A stretch of 59,889 nucleotides of DNA, filler included, from 7 parts of 7 records of this genome joined end to end with filler, not necessarily neighbours in it; one strand, 5' to 3'. Counted from the first letter of the whole stretch, positions 29,096-39,821 are shown. Notes: a model not told the origin generated them from the letters alone. Program-made: numbers and translations.

Positions 29096-31266
29096 TTAAA
29101 AACAAAAAAATAAAAAAGTTTTTACTTTTAAATATATTAGGGTTATTTACTGCTATAAGTATCTCATTATTATATGTTTTTTACCCTACTTTACCTGATT
29201 CTATTGACAATAGAATTAGGGATTACTTTTTTATTTTAAGAGGTGAAATCCCGAATAGTGATAATGTTGTAATTGTAGATATAGATGAAGAGTCTCTAAA
29301 AGAAGTTGGACAATGGCCTTGGTCTAGACCAAAAGTTGCAGAACTACTAGAAAAACTTACTTTATCAAATGTTGCAATAATAGGTTTTGATATAGTTTTC
29401 GCCGAACCAGACAAAAGTTCCCCTCATAGAGTTTTCAAAAAGTATGGTATAGAAGTAGAAAATACACCAAACTATGATGAGCTTCTTGGGCAAACAGTAG
29501 CAAATACACCAACAATCTTAGGATATATCTTTAAATTTGAAGAAGATAATATAAGTGAAAATATAGCTCCTGAAATACCTGCTGTTTTTGTAGAAAGAAA
29601 CAAAACTTTAGGAAAAGATTATCTTTTTAAAGCAAAAGGAACTATAGTAAATATTCCTGAGATTCAAAACAATTCATTTAGTAGTGGTTTTTTTAATAAC
29701 ACTCCTGATTCATCAGGAATTATTAGAAATGTACCTCTAGTAATCTCTTATGATAATATCATCTATCCATCTTTATCTTTAGAGATTGTTAGAATACTTA
29801 CTCAATCAAAAAAAGTTGTAATAGATTATGATAAAGATGGTGTTCAGAATATCACTTTAAATAACCTAAAAATCCCAACTGATAGACATGGAAGATTAGT
29901 TGTAAACTTTAGAGGTGCAGCTAAAAACTTCAAATACTATTCTGCAAAAGATATACTAAATGAAACTATTGACAAAAGTGAACTTGAAGGGAAAATAGTA
30001 TTAATTGGAACCTCAGCTGTTGGACTTTTGGATTTAAGAGCAACTGCATTTGATTCTGTTTATCCAGGGGTTGAAGTTCATGCCAATGTGATTGACAACA
30101 TACTTGAAGGGGACTTTTTAGTTAAAGCTTCATGGTTGGAAGGCGTGAATATATTAGTGATATTTGTATTATCTATTATTACAATACTTCTAATCTCATA
30201 TACTCCTTTTTGGTTAAACCCATTTATTGCAGTGATTTTATTAGGTGTAACTTCATTTGCACTTTTTGATATCTTATTTTCTTATGGATATGTATTAAAT
30301 ATATTTTTCCCACTTTTTGCAATAATTATATCAGCAACTGTAATTACTTTAATTAACTACTTTTTTGAAGTAAAAAAGAAAGAGGCTATTAAAAAGAAGT
30401 TTGCATCAAAAGTTTCACCTGCTGTTATGGAAGATTTATTAAAACAAAACAATCAAGGTGCTTTTCAAGTAAAAGAAAAAGAGATTACTATTTTCTTTAG
30501 TGATGTTAGAAGTTTTACAAAAATATCTGAAGAGATGGGAGATGCAAAAGCTTTAATTGAGTACCTAAACAAATATATGGAACCAATGAGTAATATAATC
30601 ATAGAACACGAAGGTACTATTGATAAATACATTGGTGATGCAATTATGGCATATTGGAATGCTCCTGCGGATATTTCTAACCATGCAGATAAAGCTGTTA
30701 AAGCCTCGCTAAAACAAATTCAAGAGTTAGAAAACCTAAATTACAAACTAAAAGAACTTAATCAACCTTCAATAGATATAGGAATAGGAATAAATACTGG
30801 ATTATCAGTTGTAGGAGAGATGGGAAGTGTTGGAAGAAGTGATTATACTATTATTGGTGATGCTGTAAATATTGCTTCTAGAGTTGAGTCTTTATGTAAA
30901 TATTATGGCTCAAAATTAAACATCTCGAACTTTACTAAAGAGAAGTTAGAAGACTCTTATACATTTAGATTTTTAGATTTAGTAAAAGTAAAAGGAAAAG
31001 ATAAACCAATTGAGATTTGGCAAGTATTAAATGAAGGTCAATGTGAAGAAAAAATCAAACAAGAATTAACTAAACATAATCAAGCAATAGAACTATACAA
31101 ATCTTCAAAATTTGAAGATGCACTTAATATTTTTAAAACACTATTAAAAGAGGATTCAACTCTTAGTAAAAATATCTACAATATTTATATAACAAGATGT
31201 GAACAATACCTAATAAACCCTCCAGAAAATTTTGACGGAGTTTATGAACATAATACTAAAGGATAG
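29092..31266 (+). CDS. CHASE2-domain class III adenylate/guanylate cyclase
   Basis: IDEESL...GQWPWSR, FDIVFAEPD and PGVEVHA (CHASE2); 3 TMs; FSDVRSFT, DKYIGDAIMA and YTIIGDAVNIASRVE. Lys/Thr specificity residues suggest ATP. Confidence 0.92.
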   Translation: MIKNKKIKKFLLLNILGLFTAISISLLYVFYPTLPDSIDNRIRDYFFILRGEIPNSDNVVIVDIDEESLKEVGQWPWSRPKVAELLEKLTLSNVAIIGFDIVFAEPDKSSPHRVFKKYGIEVENTPNYDELLGQTVANTPTILGYIFKFEEDNISENIAPEIPAVFVERNKTLGKDYLFKAKGTIVNIPEIQNNSFSSGFFNNTPDSSGIIRNVPLVISYDNIIYPSLSLEIVRILTQSKKVVIDYDKDGVQNITLNNLKIPTDRHGRLVVNFRGAAKNFKYYSAKDILNETIDKSELEGKIVLIGTSAVGLLDLRATAFDSVYPGVEVHANVIDNILEGDFLVKASWLEGVNILVIFVLSIITILLISYTPFWLNPFIAVILLGVTSFALFDILFSYGYVLNIFFPLFAIIISATVITLINYFFEVKKKEAIKKKFASKVSPAVMEDLLKQNNQGAFQVKEKEITIFFSDVRSFTKISEEMGDAKALIEYLNKYMEPMSNIIIEHEGTIDKYIGDAIMAYWNAPADISNHADKAVKASLKQIQELENLNYKLKELNQPSIDIGIGINTGLSVVGEMGSVGRSDYTIIGDAVNIASRVESLCKYYGSKLNISNFTKEKLEDSYTFRFLDLVKVKGKDKPIEIWQVLNEGQCEEKIKQELTKHNQAIELYKSSKFEDALNIFKTLLKEDSTLSKNIYNIYITRCEQYLINPPENFDGVYEHNTKG

Positions 31267-31267
31267 G

Positions 31268-33001
31268 ATGATGAAAAAGCTTTGTTTTGTGTATTTGATG
31301 TTTTTTGCAAGTTTTCTTTTTGCAAATGTTGGTTCGATAACAACACTTAAAGGTGATGTTAGTATAACAAGAGAAAATAAAACATTTGATGCAAAATTGA
31401 ATGATAAGTTAGAAAAGAGTGACTCAATTGAGACTAAAGCAAACTCAATAGCAGTTATAACTTTACTTGACAACACTCAAATAACTATAGGTAAAAACTC
31501 TTCTGTTAATATTGAGGATTATTTGTTTGATGAAAATGAGTCAAAAAACTCAAAAGCTAATTTTAACTTTTTCAAAGGGACATTTAAATCTGTAACAGGA
31601 AAGATTGGAAAACTAAACCCAAAAAAGTTTAAACTAAAAACAAAAAGTGCATCAATAGGAATCAGAGGGACAACAGTTCTAGGAAACCAAGAAAAAATAC
31701 TAGTACTTGAAGGTTCTATATTCTTAACTTCAAATTCAAAACAAGTTATTGTTGATGCAAAACAGTTTTCAGATACATCAATAAACAATGCTCCAAGCAC
31801 ACCAAAATCATATACAAACAATGAATTAGATGAACTTCTAAAAGAGTTTTATATAGACAAAAAAATCATAAGTTTTACAACACAATACACAAAAGATAAA
31901 AACAATATTTTATCACTATCAGCAAAAAATGGAAATGTAGTAAAAAATGAAGATGGAAGTATAACTTACAGTATAGATAAAAATTATGTAGGTGAAGATA
32001 CAGTAACAATTACATCAAGTCATATAGATGAAACAAAAGTTGAAACAGTAAAAATAAAAATCACTAAAGATGATAAATTTGAACTTGCTCTAACAGATGT
32101 TTCAATAAAAGATTTTTCTACAAAATCTATAAAAAATATTGAAAGTGCTTATGTTAATATTCATAAACAAATAAACAATATAAGCAATACTATAACTGCA
32201 CCAAGCAATAACTTTTCACTTTATCCTCTAACTTCATGGACTGTTCCAAGTTCAGGTTTGATAACACCAAATTTAACAAGCACAAGAGAAGGTTCATCTG
32301 CAAATATTGATGGTAGTTATTTACCTAGTAGTTCAATTGGTACAAGCTTTACTATGAGCAGTGGTAGTCAAGACTTTCAAATTGGTGGTAGTTCAATGGC
32401 TATTCAATCATATTATTTTGTAAATGAAGACCAATTTGGAGTTATTGATAATACAGGAAATGCCTGGGCGCAAGCGATTTATGATGATATTGATGCAACT
32501 GGTAATTATGTAAGTAAAGACAACAGTGTTTCGTGGGGATATATGACTAATGGCACTATTGATGGTGTTTGGGTTGCAGGTGATTTAGGTAGTAATTTTG
32601 GTAATTTCACTATAAATACTAACTTAAATTTATCAGGACATATAATTGGATACATTTCAAATAAATCAACAGGTGCAATAAGTAATATTTTATATGACAA
32701 CAATAATAGCATAAATATAAATATTAATGTTGGAAGTGCAACTACAGGTGACTTCAACTTTAATACATCAAACAATCAAAACTGGAATGGTATATTAAGT
32801 GGAGCTACAATAAATTCAGGTGCAACAGCATCAACATTAGATTTAGTAATTGTAAGTGGTACAGGAGGAGGTGAAGCAATGGCAGATAAAACTATTACTT
32901 CACAACTTTATGGGAGTGGTTCAACTGTAAAAAGTGTTGGTGGAACAATAGAAATAGAAACATCTTCAAATGCTGCAGCAGCAGTGTTTATTGCGGATTG
33001 A
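31268..33001 (+). CDS. Secreted FecR-domain protein with one Ig/cadherin-like repeat and a S/T/G/N-rich C-terminal beta region (TbpB/haemophore-barrel-like)
   Basis: Signal peptide ending LFA-N; FecR motifs FKGTFKSVTGKIGK...SIGIRGT; NGNVVKNEDGSITY repeat; C-terminus QLYGSGSTVKSVGGT...AAVF. Confidence 0.75.
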   Translation: MMKKLCFVYLMFFASFLFANVGSITTLKGDVSITRENKTFDAKLNDKLEKSDSIETKANSIAVITLLDNTQITIGKNSSVNIEDYLFDENESKNSKANFNFFKGTFKSVTGKIGKLNPKKFKLKTKSASIGIRGTTVLGNQEKILVLEGSIFLTSNSKQVIVDAKQFSDTSINNAPSTPKSYTNNELDELLKEFYIDKKIISFTTQYTKDKNNILSLSAKNGNVVKNEDGSITYSIDKNYVGEDTVTITSSHIDETKVETVKIKITKDDKFELALTDVSIKDFSTKSIKNIESAYVNIHKQINNISNTITAPSNNFSLYPLTSWTVPSSGLITPNLTSTREGSSANIDGSYLPSSSIGTSFTMSSGSQDFQIGGSSMAIQSYYFVNEDQFGVIDNTGNAWAQAIYDDIDATGNYVSKDNSVSWGYMTNGTIDGVWVAGDLGSNFGNFTINTNLNLSGHIIGYISNKSTGAISNILYDNNNSINININVGSATTGDFNFNTSNNQNWNGILSGATINSGATASTLDLVIVSGTGGGEAMADKTITSQLYGSGSTVKSVGGTIEIETSSNAAAAVFIAD

Positions 33002-33005
33002 TACA

Positions 33006-34295
33006 ATGAAAAAATCAACAACACTTTTACTAATAACTTGTTTATATCTAAATGCAGATATTCTGAACTTGACACTTGAAGAAAGTAAAATAGATAAATC
33101 TTCTAGCTTTTTATCTATGAAAAAAATTCAAGAACAACAACTTGCTAAAAAATATTTTAATGAAGCCATTAAGCAATATCAATCAAACAACTATGAAGAT
33201 GCACTTAATCTTTTTAGTAAAGTTTTAATGATTGAACCAGATAATAAAAGGGTACTATTTGAGATTGCTAAATGTAACTTTATGCTAAAAGACTATAGTG
33301 AAGCAAAAAGATTATTTACAGTAGTTTTAAACTCCGAAGTACCTACAGAAGTAAAAGAAAATATCTCAAATATTTTAAAAAAGATTGAGCAATTAAATAA
33401 AAAGCACAACTTTAATGTAAATAGTTATGTTGGATTGTTATATGATTCAAATATCAACAACACTTCAAGTGCAGATATATTTAATATTTATTTACCACTA
33501 TTAGGTTCGTATCAAATGCCAAATCAAGATAAAAAGATAGAAGACTTTGCAACAGAAATTGCAGCTTCATTTGTGTATAGTTATAAAGTTAATGAAAAAA
33601 TAACTTTAGAAAATAAACTTTTAGCTTATACACAAAGATATTTTGAGCATTCGGAAAAAAACATAAATCTTATAGGATATTCTTTTATTCCGACATATTA
33701 TCTTAACAATAATATAAAACTTGCAATTGAGTTTTATAAAGACTTGATTCAACTTGATAATGCTAACTTTCAAAATAATTTTATTATTAAACCAAGTGTG
33801 ATGTATACAAATTTAGAAGATCTAATTTTTGAGACTGCAATAGTATTTAATAACAAAGATTATAACAAAGAAGAAAATAAACAAAGAGATGTAAATGAGA
33901 TTATATTTTCAAACGCTTTAACTCACTATTCAAAAACTTGGGGAGCAAATAAAATTGCTGTTGATTTTAAAAAGGGCAAAAAACAAAGAGGGCAAAGAAC
34001 AGATGTTGATAACAAAGCTTATGCCATAGAATACACTAATTCATCGATTGTATTAAAAGATTTTAGACTTACTAATAGTTTGAAATATGAAAAAATCAAA
34101 TATGAAGATATAGATAATAACTTTTTATCTAAAAGAGAAGATAAAACAACAAGCTATACTTTTGATTTCTCAAAAGTTATAAAAGCAAATTTAGTTGGAG
34201 GAGTAAACTATAAGTATATGAAAAATGACTCAAACCATGATTTATTTACTTATGATAAACATATTTCAAAAGTCTATTTAAGTTATGCCTTTTAG
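33006..34295 (+). CDS. TPR + outer-membrane beta-barrel protein, Slam/DUF560-like
   Basis: Signal peptide, N-terminal TPRs, GLLYDSNIN at the barrel start, and C-terminal NDSNHDLFTYDK...YLSYAF ending in Phe. Confidence 0.72.
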   Translation: MKKSTTLLLITCLYLNADILNLTLEESKIDKSSSFLSMKKIQEQQLAKKYFNEAIKQYQSNNYEDALNLFSKVLMIEPDNKRVLFEIAKCNFMLKDYSEAKRLFTVVLNSEVPTEVKENISNILKKIEQLNKKHNFNVNSYVGLLYDSNINNTSSADIFNIYLPLLGSYQMPNQDKKIEDFATEIAASFVYSYKVNEKITLENKLLAYTQRYFEHSEKNINLIGYSFIPTYYLNNNIKLAIEFYKDLIQLDNANFQNNFIIKPSVMYTNLEDLIFETAIVFNNKDYNKEENKQRDVNEIIFSNALTHYSKTWGANKIAVDFKKGKKQRGQRTDVDNKAYAIEYTNSSIVLKDFRLTNSLKYEKIKYEDIDNNFLSKREDKTTSYTFDFSKVIKANLVGGVNYKYMKNDSNHDLFTYDKHISKVYLSYAF

Positions 34296-34362
34296 TATCA
34301 AAAGGTATTAACTAAGTTTTGGGTATCATATCGCTCAAAAATTAAATATTTTATTCTATTTC

Positions 34363-34384
34363 AATTACTAGTTTTCTAGTAATT
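34363..34384 (+). promoter_or_regulatory. Perfect 9-bp inverted repeat just upstream of the uup SD
   Basis: AATTACTAG-TTTT-CTAGTAATT; function unknown. Confidence 0.35.
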
Positions 34385-34395
34385 TCAGGAAAAAC

Positions 34396-35259
34396 ATGGC
34401 ACTAATAGACTTACAAAACATAAATAAGCAATATGATGTAAAAGTAATACTAAAAGATGTAAACTTTACCCTACTTCAAGGGCAAAGAATTGCAGTAATC
34501 GGTCAAAATGGTCAAGGGAAATCTACTCTATTTAAGATTATTATGAATGATGTTGAACCAGACTCTGGTGAGATTTCTATTGACAAATCTTTAAAAATAG
34601 AGATGTTAGACCAACAACCAAAATTTAAAGATGGTATAAATGTTAGAGAAGCTATTGAAGCACAGCTAAAAGAGCTTAAAGATGCAAAAGTAGAATACGA
34701 AGAGATTACAAACAAAATCATCACAGATTATGAAAATCAAGAGCTTTTAAAAAGACAAAGTCAACTTGCAACTTTTATTGAGTTCCACAATGCTTGGGAC
34801 TTAGACAATATGATTGAAAGAGTTCTTAAAGAGTTCAAACTAAAACAATATGAGCACAAAGATGTTAATCTTTTAAGTGGTGGCGAGCAAAGAAGAGTTA
34901 GCCTTGCTGGTTTACTTCTAAAAAAACCTGATGTTTTACTTTTAGATGAGCCAACAAACCACTTAGATGTTTATATGGTTGAGTTTTTAGAATCACTACT
35001 TTTGAAAAACAATTTTACCTTACTTTTTATCTCACACGATAGATATTTTATAGATAACATTGCAACAGCAGTTGTAGAGGTTGAGGGTGGAACTCTTAGA
35101 AAGTTTAATGGAGGATATTCAGGATATTTAGAACAAAAAGAGCAGATGTTAGAAAACATGCAAAAAGAGCATGAAAACTTACTAAGACTTGTTAAAAGAG
35201 AAGCCCACTGGATGCAAAGAGGTGTTACAGCTAGAAGAAAAAGAAATGAAAGAAGAAAA
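34396..35259 (+). CDS. uup: ABC-F ATPase (Uup-like), 3' truncated
   Basis: GQNGQGKST, LSGGEQRR, LLLDEPTNHLD, ISHDRYF and W-RGVTARRKRN. Confidence 0.85.
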
Positions 35260-35359
35260 NNNNNNNNNNNNNNNNNNNNNNNNNNNNNNNNNNNNNNNNN
35301 NNNTTAATTAATTAANNNNNNNNNNNNNNNNNNNNNNNNNNNNNNNNNNNNNNNNNNNN
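35260..35359. other. Artificial contig spacer
   Basis: N44-TTAATTAATTAA-N44. Confidence 0.99.
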
Positions 35360-35498
35360 TGACTTTGCCTAAAAAAATATTTAAGCAAACTTAAAAATAA
35401 TAATGATTATCAAATTTATTCTTAACTTCATAAAACATTCTAATTTTATTTTTTATTATGCATATTTTTTTGCAACTCTTACTCTGAATAATCGAGTT

Positions 35499-37250
35499 TT
35501 ACTTTGTCCTAAATTTTTCAACTTGATTATTTAATACACCGATATTTTTACTTAAACTTCTGAAATCATTTAATCTTACTTTTAATACCTCTGTAACATC
35601 TTCAGCTATACTACTGTTTCTTTCTTCACTTTCCTCGATTTCAATAGCGTTACTATTTATCTCTTCTACGGCATTTCGTATTTCCTCTATTGCAATTTTT
35701 TCTTCGTCAATTCCCAATTTAATTTCAGATACCATATTATTATTTTTATCTGTTATTTCTCTAACGTTTTCTAATCTTCCATCAATGTCTTCACTTATTT
35801 CCAGTACATCGCTAACTTTTTCTTTAACAGTTATATTTGCACTTTTAACTTGAACTATTTTATCTGTTATCTCTGCAATTATTTCCGAGATTTTTTCCGT
35901 TTCCTTATTTGTATTATCAGATAATTTTCTTATCTCATCTGCTACTACAGCAAAACCTTTTCCAGCCTCGCCAGCTCTTGCAGCTTCAATTGCTGCATTA
36001 AGTGCTAGTAAATTTGTCTGTTCAGATATACCGTTTATCGAATACAACATCTCTCTTATGCTTCTTGATAGTTCTGATAATTCTTCTATTCTATTATCAG
36101 CTTCAACTACGCTACTTCCAATGTTATTTATATTATTATTTAATATCTCAACCTGATCTTTACTATCTTTTACATCTGCAAAGATTTGCTTAGATATTCC
36201 TAATGTTTCATCAATTTTTTCACTGATACTATCTTCAGTTGCAACAATCTCTTCAATACTTGCCAAAACAGTTTCAACATTTTGACATTGGCTTCTGACT
36301 CCGTGGAGTACAGTTTTTATCTGCTCCTGAAGTTGAATAATACCATGTTTTTTATTTTTAATATCACTAAAATTCCCATTTACCACCTCGTTTAACGATA
36401 AACTCATCACTTCATTTTCATTTTCTACTTGTTTTATCATCTGCTTAACTTCTACCAATATATCATGAAGTGAATTTATAAATTGATTAAATGATTTTCC
36501 CATACTACCTATTTCATCTCTCGATTTAACTACTATTTCCTGAGTTAAATCCCCGCCTTTTTCCGCTAATAGATCAAGCTGGTTTTGCAGTGTTTTTATA
36601 GATTTTCTCATTGGAATAGTTATCACAGCTCCAACAATCATGACTGTTAAAATAATTACGATATTTACAACTCTCAAATAATTGGATGATTTTTTGTATA
36701 ATACTTCCGTATTACTAACTGTTTTATTCCCCTTCTCTACTTCAAAGGCGATCATACTTTCAAGAGCCTCAGAGTATTGTTTATAATTGCTTTTTGAAGA
36801 TGTTTTAATAATATAATTTATCTCATCTATATTTCCCTGTTTTACAGTTTCTATTAACGTTCCGTTTTTACTTTTATATTTTTTCCAATTCTCCCTTACC
36901 ATTATAAATTCCCAATCTTCAGTATCTCCAAATGTTAGTATTAACTCATCAATTTCACTAATCTTACTACTAATTTCATCTATCAAACTCTCATCTCTAC
37001 TTGAGCTATAATCAACCTGATATAATCTTAGCTCGGTTGATAGGGATTTTAACTTATATGATTTCTCAATTAACATCATATTTTCATCTGCTATCTTTTT
37101 CATATTGTTATTTAACGTCATCAAATTATAAATAGACATCCCGGTAATAATAACGAGTGAAATAATTGGAATTAACAATAAAAATGTTAATTTGTGACTA
37201 ATTTTTATCTCTTTTGATTTTCTTTTATTTTTTCTTCTAACAAATTTCAA
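35499..37250 (-). CDS. Methyl-accepting chemotaxis protein (4-helix sensor, HAMP)
   Basis: Two TMs, GDLT...DEIG HAMP, and [33 protein letters not shown]. Confidence 0.95.
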   Translation of the reverse strand: MKFVRRKNKRKSKEIKISHKLTFLLLIPIISLVIITGMSIYNLMTLNNNMKKIADENMMLIEKSYKLKSLSTELRLYQVDYSSSRDESLIDEISSKISEIDELILTFGDTEDWEFIMVRENWKKYKSKNGTLIETVKQGNIDEINYIIKTSSKSNYKQYSEALESMIAFEVEKGNKTVSNTEVLYKKSSNYLRVVNIVIILTVMIVGAVITIPMRKSIKTLQNQLDLLAEKGGDLTQEIVVKSRDEIGSMGKSFNQFINSLHDILVEVKQMIKQVENENEVMSLSLNEVVNGNFSDIKNKKHGIIQLQEQIKTVLHGVRSQCQNVETVLASIEEIVATEDSISEKIDETLGISKQIFADVKDSKDQVEILNNNINNIGSSVVEADNRIEELSELSRSIREMLYSINGISEQTNLLALNAAIEAARAGEAGKGFAVVADEIRKLSDNTNKETEKISEIIAEITDKIVQVKSANITVKEKVSDVLEISEDIDGRLENVREITDKNNNMVSEIKLGIDEEKIAIEEIRNAVEEINSNAIEIEESEERNSSIAEDVTEVLKVRLNDFRSLSKNIGVLNNQVEKFRTK

Positions 37251-37413
37251 TTTGATACTTCCTCTCTCGATAGAACCATACAGTTCTTATAATGGTAAAT
37301 ATATAAACATGAGCAGACCAGTTTAGAGGCAATTTATAAATATATGACAAACAGAAATATAGATCAAGGGAAGTATTATATCTCAAGTCTGCTCAAATGT
37401 TTTAATTAAGTTA

Positions 37414-37591
37414 TGGCACAATTCATTTATATTTTCAAAGGAAGACTGATTATTAATCAGCTTATTACTAATTCGTAAAGATTATTATTAGCTTGCATAA
37501 AGTCACAGAATTTTAGTCTGTTTTTTCGGAGTGATGAACTAAAATCTGCTTTTTCTAATTATTAGGAGTGTGTTTATTTTGAATTGTGCCA
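37414..37591. mobile_element. Putative MITE-like element bounded by 12-bp terminal inverted repeats
   Basis: TGGCACAATTCA (37414-37425) and TGAATTGTGCCA (37580-37591), with an internal hairpin CAGAATTTTAGT...ACTAAAATCTG; non-coding; no exact target-site duplication seen. Confidence 0.45.
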
Positions 37592-37607
37592 AAAGATTAT
37601 AAACTTT

Positions 37608-38585
37608 TTATTTTAGAATTTCAGGATTTACACAAGTTTGAGGTGCTTCTCCATTTAATACGCTTACTATATTTTTAGCGGCTATAAGCCCCATATTAGT
37701 TCTAGTATCAATAGTTGCTGATGCAATATGAGGTAATACTACACAGTTTTCCATAGTCTCAAGCTCTTTTTCCATTAACGGTTCCTCTTCAAATACATCT
37801 AATCCGGCTCCCCATATTTCACCATCTCTAAGAGCTCGAACCAGTGCCTTCTCATCTACAATAGGCCCTCTCGCTGTATTTATAAGTACAGCTGTTTCTT
37901 TCATCATTTTAAACTCAGCATCACTAATATAGTGTGTAGTCGCCGGTAATAATGGCACGTGAAGTGATACAAAATCTGATTCTTTTAGAAGTGTTTCTTT
38001 ATCTACGTAAGTTGCTCCTGTTTCCTCTTCAAATTTAGCATTTGGTTTAACATCTGTATAAAGTAGCTTCATATCAAAACCAATTGATTTTTTAGCAAAA
38101 TTAGCTCCTATTCTACCGGCACCAACTACACCTAGAGTTTTCTTAGATATATCTCTACCTATATACATTAGTGGTGCCCAACCTTCGTATTTTCCCGCTC
38201 TCATAAATTTATCCGCTTCAATTACTCTTCTGGAAGTAGAGAACAGTAGTGACCATGCCAGATCAGCGGTTGCATCATCGAGTACTCCTGGTGTATTTGT
38301 TACTATGATATTTCTCTGTGTCGCCGCAGCAACATCAACGTTATTATATCCTACTGCATAGTTTGCAAAGATTTTGCATTGCTCTCCTGCAGCTGCAAAT
38401 ACATCATCATCTATAGCGTCAGTTAAAAGGCATAGAACTGCGTCTCTTCCTTTTACATTTTCCATTAATTCCTCTTTACTAAGTACTTTATCCTCTTCAT
38501 TTACAGTTACATCACAGTGCTCTCTCAAATATTCCATTGCTTTCTCAGGTAACATTCTCGTTACATATACATTTTTTTTTGACAT
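37608..38585 (-). CDS. D-2-hydroxyacid dehydrogenase (D-glycerate dehydrogenase / hydroxypyruvate-glyoxylate reductase)
   Basis: AVGYNNVD, TNTPGVL, GAGRIG, INTARGPIVDE, GLDVFEEEP and LPHIASAT. Confidence 0.92.
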   Translation of the reverse strand: MSKKNVYVTRMLPEKAMEYLREHCDVTVNEEDKVLSKEELMENVKGRDAVLCLLTDAIDDDVFAAAGEQCKIFANYAVGYNNVDVAAATQRNIIVTNTPGVLDDATADLAWSLLFSTSRRVIEADKFMRAGKYEGWAPLMYIGRDISKKTLGVVGAGRIGANFAKKSIGFDMKLLYTDVKPNAKFEEETGATYVDKETLLKESDFVSLHVPLLPATTHYISDAEFKMMKETAVLINTARGPIVDEKALVRALRDGEIWGAGLDVFEEEPLMEKELETMENCVVLPHIASATIDTRTNMGLIAAKNIVSVLNGEAPQTCVNPEILK

Positions 38586-38771
38586 TTTCTCACTCCTCGT
38601 TAAGTTTATTTAATTTTAAAACCGCGCTTACGCAGCGCACAGCGGCAACCTTACGTTGCATCGTTAAAAAATAATTCAATCATTTGCTTTTAATAATTTT
38701 CTCAATTGTGCAATTTAAGCTGATTATTCAAAGCAAAATCTATATTTAATCAAACTATAATTCTATTTTTT

Positions 38772-38811
38772 ACTCCCCTCTCTTTTTGAAAGAGAGGGGG
38801 TGGGGAGAGTT
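38772..38811. repeat. BoxC-like palindromic element (single unit); may also act as a terminator
   Basis: Stem CCCCTCTCTTT/AAAGAGAGGGG (38775-38799) followed by a G-rich tail GTGGGGAGAGT. Confidence 0.65.
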
Positions 38812-38835
38812 AAAAAATAACTTTTTAACTTTAAA

Positions 38836-39798
38836 TTATTTTACATAAAATAAATCTTCTATCTTCTCCCAAGTTTTCAAAGACTCTCCATTTTTAATCA
38901 TATCTTCTAATTCATCTAAATCAATTCTATCTAATGCATTCCAGATTTTAGTTGTTAATCTACCATTAGTTTCGAATGTTCTGATGATATCCCATCTAGT
39001 AGGTGAAGTATCAGAAGTTAAGTAGTCATCATATCCGTATCTTTTTAGGTAGTATAAGAACTCTATATATTGAATGTAGTTATGAGATCCACAGAAGAAG
39101 TCCCAATCCCATTTACCATCATTATCATTAATATGGATGTAGTAAGGAATATCATTTTCTGCAATGATACATAATGCTTCAGCCGGATTTTCGTCACCAT
39201 AGACTGAATGTCCGAAATCTAAAGTAATTCCTAAGTTTTTAACACCAATCTCTTTAATTAGAGCTACAGTACTTGATGCTCTGTCAAGGAAACATCTTCC
39301 TCTGATTTCACTTGGCTTGTATTCGATAAATAGTGGCATTTCATTTTTATATTCTGCTGCTTCTTTTAGTGTTTCTTTTAGGTTTTTCCAAGTTTCTCTA
39401 TAATCATACTGGAAAGAAAACTCATAACCATCACTTAGAGGACAACATTGAACTTTGTTTGCTCCTACAGCAATTGCGAAATCTTTTGCTTCTTTGATTA
39501 GTTGAACCGCTTTTGCTCTAGTTGATGCATCTTTAGAAGTTAAGCTTCCATTGATGAATTCAGGTTCTCCTTTGATATTACAGTTAATTGCCGCAATATT
39601 AAGGTTATATTTCTTTAAAAGTCTTTTTGTTTCTTCTACATCATTTACTTCATATGGATAAACGATTTCTACACCGTCAAATCCCTCTATTTGATTCATC
39701 ATTTGAAATTTTTCTTCTAATGTTTTTGGTTCATTATAGTTAGCGAATCTATCTTTTGTTTGCGATAAAAATCCTGTAATTAATCCTAATTTTAACAT
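38836..39798 (-). CDS. Xylose-isomerase-like TIM-barrel sugar isomerase (D-apiose isomerase-like motif set)
   Basis: DRF, DGYEFSFQ, IEYKPSEIR, LDFGHS-YG-ENPAE and HINDN-GKWDWD metal-binding motifs. Confidence 0.75.
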   Translation of the reverse strand: MLKLGLITGFLSQTKDRFANYNEPKTLEEKFQMMNQIEGFDGVEIVYPYEVNDVEETKRLLKKYNLNIAAINCNIKGEPEFINGSLTSKDASTRAKAVQLIKEAKDFAIAVGANKVQCCPLSDGYEFSFQYDYRETWKNLKETLKEAAEYKNEMPLFIEYKPSEIRGRCFLDRASSTVALIKEIGVKNLGITLDFGHSVYGDENPAEALCIIAENDIPYYIHINDNDGKWDWDFFCGSHNYIQYIEFLYYLKRYGYDDYLTSDTSPTRWDIIRTFETNGRLTTKIWNALDRIDLDELEDMIKNGESLKTWEKIEDLFYVK

Positions 39799-39821
39799 TT
39801 ATATTGCCTCCCTTTTTTCAC

